This document shows, piece after piece, positions 49,872 to 60,900 of a DNA stretch of 64,000 nucleotides. Below the pieces are notes generated by a model that saw nothing but the letters and a program-made list of their open reading frames with translations, was not told the origin of the DNA and ran no database searches. Source of the DNA: Haliotis cracherodii (taxonomy: Eukaryota); contig NW_027266279.1 of assembly GCF_022045235.1 (NCBI RefSeq), forward strand, positions 10,230,001 through 10,294,000, in the 5' to 3' direction. How positions within the stretch are numbered: the first letter of the stretch is position 1; each line of letters begins with the position of its first letter. Both the position numbers and the translations under genes were made by a program.

Positions 49872-49991
49872 CACAGGAGTCCTTATCTAAAAATAGATGC
49901 CCTCATGCATATTCATGACCCTTCGGGCTGGCGTGTGGAGATGGTCATGAATATGCATGAGGGCGTCTATTTTTAGATACGGACTCCTGTG
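49872..49991. mobile_element. Palindromic MITE (~49-bp arms)
   Basis: CACAGGAGTCC...GGACTCCTGTG flanked by a TTTGGAC direct repeat. Confidence 0.8.
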
Positions 49992-50304
49992 TTTGGACAT
50001 ACCATATTTGAGATAACCAAATTCAGGAAAACGACTGGAATTTGTCTGTAACAACTTGAACATCATCATGACCAATATGCCTACATCCTTAACACAAATC
50101 CTAAAGGTGTTTCATAAGTTGAAAAATCCCTCAAACATAACTGGCCTCAACATCGAACAAAATGAAAACGTTTAGGGGAAAACATAAACAGTGTTCATAG
50201 CAAAGCTGGACAAAACATTTGTAGCTTGCCTAAACCTTCCTGTCAATGGTAAATACTGTAGAAGCTGTAACAACCAGCTGTATAATCAAAGCTGTAAACT
50301 CCCA

Positions 50305-53300
50305 TCAGGAGTTAAACCCCCTTGCCAGACAGAACTCCACAAAACGTTTGTGCTCCAACTCTGTCATGATCTTGTTCAAGGCATAAATCTGAAAAAGTGA
50401 GAGAGAAAAATGTATTAGTTTTTGTTGATTGATGCTGCACAAAGCAATATTTCAGCTGTATCATGCCAGGCTGTGAATCATTGAGTCCGGACCAGACAAA
50501 CCTGTGGTTGATATTGTGAGCACCATAAGACCACCCCATCAGTTTTGTAGTTAGGAACTTGTTTTCAATTTATTGCTTAAAATCAATGTTCCAACAAATC
50601 AATAATATTCAGTGGCTAGTGTATCTTCAATAAATAGAAATGTAGGTCAAGGTCAGGTGACATTGACATTTGTTTAATCATGAAAGAATAAAGAAATTTC
50701 ATCTGACAAGTCACTCAAAACAAAGCTTTGGGTCAAGGGTACTTTTTAGTCGTGATAGAGTGAAAATTACCAGTACAATGAAAAATTGAAGACATGAATT
50801 TGTGTGTCAAAGAACCTGTTTTCTTTATGACAAATGTGTTTATGTTTAATAATTTACAAATCAAAATGGTTGAACACATTTAATAAACCTTTGACCATGT
50901 TCTTCATTTTTCACAAAAACTGATTACAGTTTCAGTTTGTAACAGCATCAGTCCAGGGCCTACTTGCACAAAGCGATCTTAGCGCTAAGACTATCATTAG
51001 CCTATGTTAAAGTATGGGTGTTACAATCATCTTAGCACTAAGATCGTATTGTGCAAGTGGGCCCAGGCCATCATAGCCAATCCATCATCATCACATCCTT
51101 CCAACATCAGGATGTCATTCAGTGGACCACAGTGGAAATTCCAAAGCATGTCTTCTTGTTGTATGCAATCGTTAGCAATAGGGCTGGGACGAGTTCAAAA
51201 TTACGACCTGGGTACTCGACCCCACTATTACCCGACCTGACCCGGATACCCACTGTATGTCTCAAGAGTTGGGTACATAATGTCTGATTTGGAATTGCTT
51301 TACCGGTGCCCTGGCAAATGATATTTCCATACACATAGAAAACGATTAGATCATGCATACACTGAAGTCAACTGAATGTTTACTCAAACGTATAAAAGTA
51401 AAAAACATTGCATTCACAGCCAGAAAGAAGTGCAAACACAATCTTTTATTGTTATCGTATTTAAACAATATGTCACGTGACTAACCAAGCGTCCAGGCAG
51501 TCATGTGGGTCCTACTCATGACCCACCCAACCCGAGTACACGAGTTACCCGTCCCAGCCCGAGCCCGTAGATAAGCCGAGGTATTAACCTGACCATTGAA
51601 ATATGAAAGAAAATGACATGACCCGTAGATAAGCCGAACCAGGAAGTGAAAGGCAAAGGTATTCGACATAATAAGCCCCCCACTCTAATAAGCGCCCATG
51701 GCGATATTTGCTAATATATTGGCACGTGAACAATCCAAATTAGCACCCCTTCCGATTGATCAATGAAAACAAGACTTATTCATTCATGTATGATACGCAC
51801 TCCTGTGTTATATGCACCATTAATTATGGGCAATTAAATTCTGGCAAAATATATTTGCCGTACAGAAACATTTCAGGCTGTCAGCATAAACCAAGAAATT
51901 TATCTTTCAACTCTGTTTTTTTCACCAAAATAATATTCTAATAAGAGCCCCCTATTTCTAATTTTGAGAGCGCCCTGGGCGCTAATTACGTCGAATACGG
52001 TAATTGGAAATGATCAGACCAGGAAAACAAGTGACTGTATTCATGACCCAAATCATCAGGGGGTACAATGACATGCAATCAGCCAAGACATTCTTTAAGA
52101 CAAGCAGAGGTTACCAGCCATCAGTTCTACCCCAGAATCCCACAGGGAACACATCTTCCCGAGGCAAGAGAGTTAACTGACTATGAAAGTCCAGTTTCCA
52201 CCCTTGCCGAACTAGGCTGGTATTATGGAGTTACATTTTGGCTGGACTAACAAGTCTACGCATAGTCCAATCAAAATCGCGCACCGAAATCGAAATCCGA
52301 TTCGTAAACTGTTGCGCAGATTTCGGTCGATGGCAGGATTTGCAAAGCATGTACACCGCCAACTTGTTGTCAGCAGATATTTTCCAAACCTTTTCACGTT
52401 TTTAATCAAGGTGCTCACTTGATTTGATGCATTTCGCGATGTAAGACCTGTTTTATCACAATATAGCTCTTGATCATTGATCAGATCGATATGACTGGGC
52501 CCCACCATTTTGTGTGAAGCAAACGCAAGTGATACGAGAGGTGGAATCTGATTGGTCCATAGGAGAGGCTTAGAAGGGACATAACCACTGGTGGCGCTAC
52601 GATCAAGCGCAGTTATTCCAGCCTAGTTGGGCAAGGGTGGAAACTGGACTTTTAAAGTCACTTAACTCTCTCGGGAAGATGCTGAGAACAGGACACCAAC
52701 ATAGTTGATGTTGATACAAAATGCTTAAAGCAACAAACAAAACATATGAAGACACGTTGTGATACCTCCTGCCTCTGTCGACGTCGCAGTTCACTCTCCT
52801 TATCTTTCTGCATCATCTTGTCTATCCTTGCCTGTTCTTCCCTCTTCTTTTCTTCTTTCTGATGTTCCTTTTTCTCCATCACTTGCAGCTTCTGTCGTAC
52901 AGCACGCTGGGACTGCAACATTCAGGAAATAACTCATCACTGCAGGTCTTACACAGATCGAAAAACGTACTGTCTGTTTTGTACCAGCATAGACATGTTA
53001 TGGCCTTCAAAAATGGATCAATATCTAGGGCTTACCAAAACGAAGCATCAACGCACTGTGGTTGACGAGATTATTTTTGAAAAATATGCCTGGGGAGACT
53101 GTAGACTTTGCATTGTTTGTCTGCTGCACTAACTGAAAGAAGCCCAAGTAAAATTACACATTTGGCTTAAAAAAATAATAGTCTTGGTTCTCAGGAACCA
53201 CCCGCATCATCATATAGTTTGCCGAACATTTTGGTTTTATTTCCATTTTAAAATGAAGAAAAATCCTTAAATATTCAAAGTCCATTGGTAGTCAAATACT

Positions 53301-56300
53301 GTATTCCAATATTGTACTCATCAAGGAATAAATTTATGTTGGGAGGCCCTTTCTCAATTCTTAATTTGGTTACACAAATGTTTATTTGGTTACATACAAG
53401 TTTGAACAAACCTTCCCCCAAAAAGAGACCGCCCACCCACAATATTTTTATTGCCTGAGAACCAATTCTTTTATTTTTTTAAGCCTTACTTACTCTGATA
53501 TCAGTTAAACTTGGGACGTACTCGTAGCGTCTCAGCTGTTCTGGTAACAGAAAGAGAAAATGTAAGTGAAAAGTGCAATATTTAAGGTCATAGAGTGAGA
53601 GGGTGAGTATTGTTTTACGCTGCTTTTAGCAATATTCCAGCAATATCACGGCTGGGGACACCAGAAATGGGCTTCACACATTGTACCGCTTTTAACAGTA
53701 TTCCAGTTATATCAGGGCGTGTCAGCTTAATGTGGGAGGAAAGCCCGAAGTGATGCAGGTCTCAGACGTTTACCACTTCGGTAAAACCCACGAGCACGGG
53801 TATGGTGCTGACAAACAAAGAAACATATTTGGGGCGAACCGGGATTCGAACCCACAAGCATAGGTTTCTGGCGTGCCCAAGGGACGCAACTCTGCACAGC
53901 AAATCGCGGCACCTTAGACGACTGGAGCTCAGGTGAACATGGTATAGGTCGGGAGAAGTCATTGATCTGTTGACCCTGGTTATTGGTCATAAATTTAAAC
54001 ATCAACCCCAACATCACTTCAGGCTTTCCTCCCACATTAAGCTGACACGCCGTGATATAACTGGAATACTGTTAAAAGCGGTGTTAAACCCAACTCACTC
54101 ACTCACACTCACTCCAGTTCTTTCCAGCGATACCTCAAACCCTACACTAGCTATTACTGAAGTGCTAGATAGCATAAGCCTTTGAAAAGGTGACACACGC
54201 TGGACGGATTGTTGGATATGTTCGCTGTGATCACAGATAGATGCCTTCATTGTCATTATCTAATAATTTTACCGTGAATTTGCAAGGAAAATATGCTATT
54301 TGATATTATTCTAGTCCATTTCAGTATCGATCATGTGATCAATAATCAGACAACCAATCATATGATCAATAGTGCTCCACCACTACAAATAAAGAATGAG
54401 AAAGACTATCAAACATTGGTTGGTTTGTTGTTTATCGCCGCACACAGCAATATTCCAGCTATATGACGGCAGTCTGTAAATAATCAAGTCTGGACCAGAC
54501 AATTCAGTGATTGATATCATGAGCATCAATCCACGCATTTGGGATCGATGACATGCATCAACCAAGTCAGCGAGCCTGACCACCCGATCCCGTTAGTCGC
54601 ATTTTACGACAAGCATAGTCGCCCTTTACGGCCAGCATTGGTTGCTGAACATGTTGAAGACCTATTCTATCCCGGAACTTCACGGGTGTTAAACGTTGGT
54701 CTCACCTGGAGTGGGCGTGGCAGGTGGAGCACAAGGCATTTCAAGACCCTCATCTTTAATCACACCTGAATGTTTCTCTGACAGGTAAACTTTAGTCACA
54801 CGTTGTAGGTACACATTTTCGGCTTGGGCTAGCGACCTGCGGTTCAGCTGTATAGGTGAAGGAGATGTGCTTGAGCAAGATTTGGTTCTGTTGTCTCCCT
54901 TTGAATTCTGAGATCTTGGCATTTGATTCATAGATTTAGACACTGTGTATGTTTTGGTAATGAGTGATGGTTTAGTTAAATTACCCAGTTCCTTTGAATG
55001 AAATGAATTATGTACAAATGAAAGTTTCATTTTGGATTCAGTGTGTTCATGCATTTTAACTGCCCTACACTGTGCTGAGAGGACATTGAGATCGGCTGTT
55101 TCCTGAGCAGAGATTCGGAACCGGATTTTTGAAGCACCATCAGTTAACTTGGGTGACTGCGAAAGATGAAGGGTGGTTTGAGACTTTTTTAGCACTGGGG
55201 AGGCTTGTGATTTCTTTCTTGATTTTCCTGTTTTCTTCTTCACAGCTGAAATCAGAGAAAGTGGACATCATCATCATCATCCTTCACAGCTCCTTGGTGT
55301 TTGAGTGGCATTATTAGGTGAGGTGAAATGGGGTTTAACATCGCGTCCAAGATTACTGAACTTAATATATAGCGACGTGCATGTACGTGTATGTGTTTGT
55401 GTGGCTGCTTGTACTAGTCCGGACTATGCCGATTTATTGTGCTAGCTCACTGAGAAACCATGCCGCAGTTTAACATGAATACCCCACTCAGACACAGTAT
55501 ACAGACTCCAAGCCGACCAGTCCTTGTTTCAGCCCCTTAATGCTGAGCGCCAGACAGGGTAACAAGAAGTACCATCATTTAACGTCTTTTGGTATGACGT
55601 GGCCGGGGATCGAACCCCGGACCTTCCACTCTCCGGGCAGATGCTCTACCACTAGACCACGGAGGCGGTCGAGTGGCATTATCAAATATAATTAATAAAT
55701 GTGATACAATCTTTCTGTTACTTTGGCATACATGTATTTTTCATACTTTGCAGGACAGTGGTAGAACTGTCATCCAACATATCATTTCTCCATTCTATTA
55801 TGATAAATACCCTGGACCAGAGGTGCGCGGAAATGTATTGTATTCGCCAATACCCATCACTACGCTGGACCTATTCACCACCAAAGTGTCGTTTCGAAAG
55901 TAATATCAAGATCTCATTCTGACCTTTTGTAAAATAAATCAAAAATACTTTAAACAACACCTGATTCAGTAAGATCTGCATATCATCAGGACCTGATCAT
56001 TAAATATTGTATTGGACAAAACATCACAACATTACCAGTACATCATTATTTAAGACAAGGGAAATTTCTAGTTTTTGATAGTTTGCCAATACATCATAAT
56101 TGTGCTATAAGATACTGAGTGGTGAAGAATGAGCCGATATGACGTGAACTGAAATCAACTCGTCTGATGTCGAACTCGCGGGTACGCATGAATAACAAGG
56201 TATTTAATAATTCATCAGGTCATTTTTGTGACAAAAGTGTGGTAGGGAACACTGTAAGGATAATGTGGGTACTAGTAAGGAATAAGGGAGGCATAAGCAT

Positions 56301-57561
56301 GGGCAGAGACAAACATAAGGGTGAGTCCGCTTTTGAATCAGTACTGAAAAAATGTAGAGGGGGAAAGTGGCTGGTGTGAATGTTCCAGGACAGTTTCCAG
56401 TAGCCAAAACATTTGACACTAAACCATTTCATCCTGATTTCTCGATGTTTTATGTGAAGAATATTAGGAGCTGCTAATAGAATATATAATAGCAACAAAA
56501 GCGGTAACTAACCCTAGCGATCATAAAGCTAGGGTTGATGGATCGTAAAAGGGATCCAAGGGCAAGGATAGAGTTCGGGGTCCCCTACCCAAACACCGAC
56601 AACATTTGGATGTGTTCAGCGCCAATATAATATACCTAATAAACTGCATTCCTGTGCATAATAATGAAATTAATGAGTCAAAAAATAATATATGCATATT
56701 AGTTCCCATTTATAATCATTTTCGCCTCTTGAATTACGAAAAAAAAAAATATATATATATTGATAATAAAAGTGCTTTCAAAAACTAGCGCTTATTATAA
56801 AATGGGCAGCCGCTGGCTAAATTTGGTAAACAAATATTCACAATTCACAATATCTCTGGGCTTATTCAATGACATTGCATGTAGAGATGATAGATCTCTG
56901 AGAGGAGCTTATAGTGCACACTCGATGTTTATTCTGTGTGACTGGCAACAAAATACTTCAAATTATGTCATAGGGTATTGTGACACTGTATTCTAAAAGT
57001 AAGACAAAAATAGTCATCCCAGCAGACTGTGATGCAACATATATGATATAAGTTACATCACACTTCAGATTTGCATCTACTATCGCGTTTCACAAACATA
57101 ACAAACTTGCATCTCCTATCATGAAACTTACATTTATGTGATTTTGATGTAAGATCTTTGCCACTGTGTCTGCATTCCTCCGATTCTTTCTGAGACTTAA
57201 AACTGGATGACATCTCATTCGACACTGCACTACCCGGTCGAACATTTGCTAAACACCCATCTTTGTCGTTGTAAAATCCATCTGACAGCAGACCAAACGA
57301 GCTTCCCTTGCCCTTGCTAGATTTCTTTATTTCAAATATTGCTGGAAATAGACTTGCTGAATCGCCTGCATCGCCTTTGTGTTGACTAGGTGCCCCATGA
57401 GAAGGTGTGTCCGACGACAAGGACAAAATATCTTGACTCTGTGAATGAAGTTTCAACTCTATCCGTGAAGTTGGCGACTTCTCCACCAAGCAAATGTTGC
57501 TCTTTCCATTTGCATATAAGAATTCAGAAGTTGACTTTGCCAAGACAGATTCAGTGGCCAT
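50305..57561 (-). CDS. SVBP: 415-aa protein with C-terminal small vasohibin-binding protein (SVBP/CCDC23) motif and long Ser/Lys-rich N-terminus
   Basis: Exons (minus): 57561-57132, 55245-54706, 53540-53494, 52912-52766, 50388-50305. GT-AG, phases 1/1/0/0 consistent, 1248 nt. C-terminus ELRRRQRQE|IYALNKIMTELEHKRFVEFC resembles human SVBP [29 protein letters not shown]. Confidence 0.82.
50956..51065. mobile_element. ~110-bp MITE family with CTTAGCGCTAAG palindrome
   Basis: TIR GGGCCCACTTGCACAAAGCGATCTTAGCGCTAAGA. Copies at 46922-47030, 47817-47924 and 46160-46372 (with internal 54-bp tandem units); degenerate copy at 1921-2022. Confidence 0.75.
51179..51562. mobile_element. hAT-like MITE
   Basis: TAGGGCTGGGACGAGT ... 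TACCCGTCCCAGCCCGA termini with subterminal ACCCG repeats. Confidence 0.6.
51658..52002. mobile_element. Tc1/pogo-type MITE
   Basis: GTATTCGACATAATAAGC ... GCTAATTACGTCGAATACGGTA; repeated TAATAAGCGCCC motifs. Confidence 0.55.
52152..52681. mobile_element. Non-autonomous DNA transposon with ~65-bp TIRs (family D)
   Basis: Ends CATCTTCCCGAGGCAAGAGAGTTAACTGAC...GTCACTTAACTCTCTCGGGAAGATG. Related copies at 11164-11628, 27571-27817 and 45729-45812 (partial). Confidence 0.85.
55320..55670 (-). mobile_element. tRNA-derived SINE with Meta-domain-like core (family F)
   Basis: tRNA head (TGGTCTAGTGG...GGTTCGATCCCC) followed by GTCATACCAAAAGACGTTAAA..GGTACT..GGCGCTCAGCATTAAGGGG, which resembles the conserved Meta domain of invertebrate SINEs (from recall). 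Other copies: 43830-44130(+), 14700-14964(-), 31330-31700(+, split by SINE A), 63920-64000(+). Confidence 0.75.
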
Positions 57562-57949
57562 ATTCTTAATGCCACAATGACAGATAGTAGCATCTTTGAC
57601 AGTAGGATTCGGCTTCTTTTGCCGCCATTATGTATACAATCCCATGGCAACGGAAGTATAAAGATTGCGCATGCGTACATGGAATGTTTTCTATTTTTAT
57701 GGAACGGAAAATGATTTCATTTGCTATTGACTTATGTTGATTAGATATGGTGACCTTGCGTATTTGATTATCACTATCAATATGAAGTAGTAAGCCAATA
57801 TATAACACCGTTTTTATAAACCTGCACGTCATTTTGATACCATCTTTTTTTCCGTTTCAGATAAATGTCTAGTTTTCGAATATATTTGACGCATGCGCAA
57901 ATTCATAAACATCAACACGTGGAACGGACTTCCTATCTAAACAAGAGAG
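57562..57949. promoter_or_regulatory. Bidirectional promoter between the SVBP-like gene and NIP7
   Basis: Start codons are 388 nt apart, head-to-head. NRF1-type TGCGCATGCG at 57666-57675 and CGCATGCGCA at 57890-57899; ETS-type CGGAAGT at 57651 and ACTTCC at 57928; YY1-type GCCGCCAT at 57621. Confidence 0.7.
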
Positions 57950-60900
57950 ATGAGACCTCTGACTGACGAAGAAACCAAGACGTTCTTTCAGAAATTGTCC
58001 AAATAGTACGTATTTTATTGTGGTATAGACATTTAACGTCATAATACTTTATTAAAAACTGAGTATATAATAACGATTGGGTATATCCTTAGTTTGCCAG
58101 TTACAATTCCCCGATCGTCTGCAAATTCACAGGGGCTTGAAACGTAAAACATCGCAGATATAAGATATATGGTCACACTCAGTGTCAGTATTCTATTTAA
58201 ATGGAAAATGATGTGAGGCCAACTCACCAAGTTCGTTCGAGGACGAATTCAACAATGTCCACTGGAAATACCCCTTTAAACATATGCTAAAACTACACAC
58301 TAATTTCAAGCTAATACAATTATCTACACAAGGCGATAGATGAACAAAGTCGAAGGCGTACTTTGGGAGCTATCGTCTTCAGAAGCTCAAAATATCATCA
58401 TTTTTCAATTCCAAATCAAAATCCCTGCTCAGAATTTGTATCTCATAACTTAACAACAATTTGTTGTTTTTATGATCGTGTACACAATTACCACGCGTCA
58501 AAACACATTGAATCGATAGGGGTGCAGGCTAAAACGGTTCCTCAGGAAAACTGCACCGCTATGTGTCTGGCGAAAACAACGCCTCTACTTTTAATAATGA
58601 TTAGAACGATTTTTGTAGTAATATATATGGTTTATTTACATGGTATTTGATGTATTAACATGTTATTGGATGTATGTGATGTATTTACACGGACAGTCCT
58701 CAGCAATCTGAAAATATGAATAAAAGTTAAAATACAATATTCGTTCTGTTACAAAATTGCGGTTATTCTGAGAATTTATACAATAGCATTATGTAGTTTA
58801 TTTATTATTAGTAGTACCTCGAAGTCCAAAGTCCCCCGGTCTTTGGGGCGCAACAGTTCTCGGGTTCAGTTCGCCATGCAAATGAGGTTTGATACTGGCG
58901 ATACTGGCGCCCGATTTGTAGATGTTTTCAACAGCTTGTTCCTTTACCTAAAACATAATACTTTCAATTACTCTACTGTAACGATAAACTATTCAACATG
59001 TAATTGATAGCTTATTGTAAATTACCGAGAACAATTACACCAATCAGTTGTAACAACAATATTAATATCTCAACTCAGACTTGAATTGCTGTCAACACTG
59101 TCCTGGTACCGGTTTGGTACTCTCATTTCTTCTGCATCTTCTGATTGGAAACAAACCTAACCCTAACCTAATCTTTTCAATGATGGGATCTACGCATCTC
59201 AAACAGCGGAAAGGGAAGTCTTTTTCTGTCCGGCAAATTTCTTTTTATGGGCACAGTTATCAGATGATACAGCATGTTGATTTTTTCTGACATTCTTCTT
59301 GCATGCAACACATCAAAAGGCCATTATGAATAATTGTGATCTGACAGCAACATGTTTGGCCTCTTAATTACAGTTTAAGCTTAAATTGAGTAAAAGTACT
59401 TAAAACTTCAAAGCGTATAGTGTTTTCACAATAAGTTAACTGCGCCTACCAATCAGAGTCGGCGAGTAAATTGGAGAATGGGTCTAATTTCTTAATTGTT
59501 TTATGTAAGTATGTAAGTATTATAATTTATTTGACCAAGGTGTAAAAAAATAAGATGCGTTTTCGCTTGATTCGAGGTGCCGTTTTTGCTATAACCCATC
59601 GATAGCACCTGTCAGCCTGCCCATCGTCATTCTTTCCGCAACACATAAACCCAATGGTGAAATGAGTTTACGTATATTTATTCGTCTCTATAAGCCTTTT
59701 GCTGTTCCCCTTCTGCCGTAGACAATCTTTGCCTTGACAAACACCGCATTCATTTGGCAGACGATGTAGAGGAGAAAAATTCACCTTAAGAGAGTTCGGG
59801 TTATCGAAGAGGTGATAAGAAACTTGATCAATATAAAAATGAAATTCAGTTGAGTTGTCACTAAACAACATGATTTACCAAATAAATTGTTTTTTTCTGT
59901 TCTTCTGGGCATTGTGTTATATGCAGAAATATAGATGACCATGTGTATTTTCTCGTAAAATCAGCCACAAATGGCAGTCAGCTGTATTCACATTTTCCAC
60001 CAATCTACCAGTGATTCGGTTAAAAATGCATATGTAAAACTTCAAAGAATTTTGATGCAATGATCGGATGAATAAAAACTATTATTTTATCAGATACTGA
60101 ATATTCCAACTTTGAGTTATTTCAGTTGCGTTTTTTTCTCTATATATGGAGAACATATATATGGCTATGGCCACATACGGTGGCTCTGCGGTTCGCCCCG
60201 ATTATGTTTCAAGGTTTGTCAGCACCATACCCGTGGTCATGGGTTTCACCGAAGTGGTAAACGTCTGAGACCTGCATCACTTCGGGCTTTCCTCCCACAT
60301 TAAGCTGACACACCGCGATATAACTGGAATACTGTTAAAAGCTGAGTTTAACCCAACTAACTCACTCACTCACTGTAAATCACAATATTCATCTTTGCAT
60401 TCTTACAGTATTGGTGAGAATATAAGGCTGCTGCTTGATCGACCAGATGGAGCATATTGCTTTCGACTGCACAGAGACCGTGTTTTCTATGTCAGGTAAT
60501 AAAACTAATATACTGCAATTCCCTCTTTTTTCCCACCATGTTTAATGTCCATTGCTAATCACCTATCAGCGCCAGTTATCTGTTGGCTTCCCTTGTGAAG
60601 TTTCCTCCTTTCTTAACTTATTACTTTTGTTGTTCTTAAGGAACATGTATATATTCTCTGCCCCATAAAATTTATTCCTCTGATGAAGGAGTAAGTATAT
60701 ACTCCGAAACATCGTGTTTCTTATAATAAAGAAGTTGACATCCATAAATTCTCTTCCTTATGTGTATCACTTCTAAAATGCCTTTAAAGACTTGATGTCC
60801 ATTTTCCATTTATCGTCACTCTCTCACTCATGTGTTTGAGTCAGGATAAGTAAAAATGATATTTTTACTTGAATAAAATACATTTTGTAAGTTGTTACAT

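Noticed and set aside
59150-59175. CCTAACCCTAACC telomere-like motif
   Set aside because: Only about two units; too short to call an interstitial telomere.
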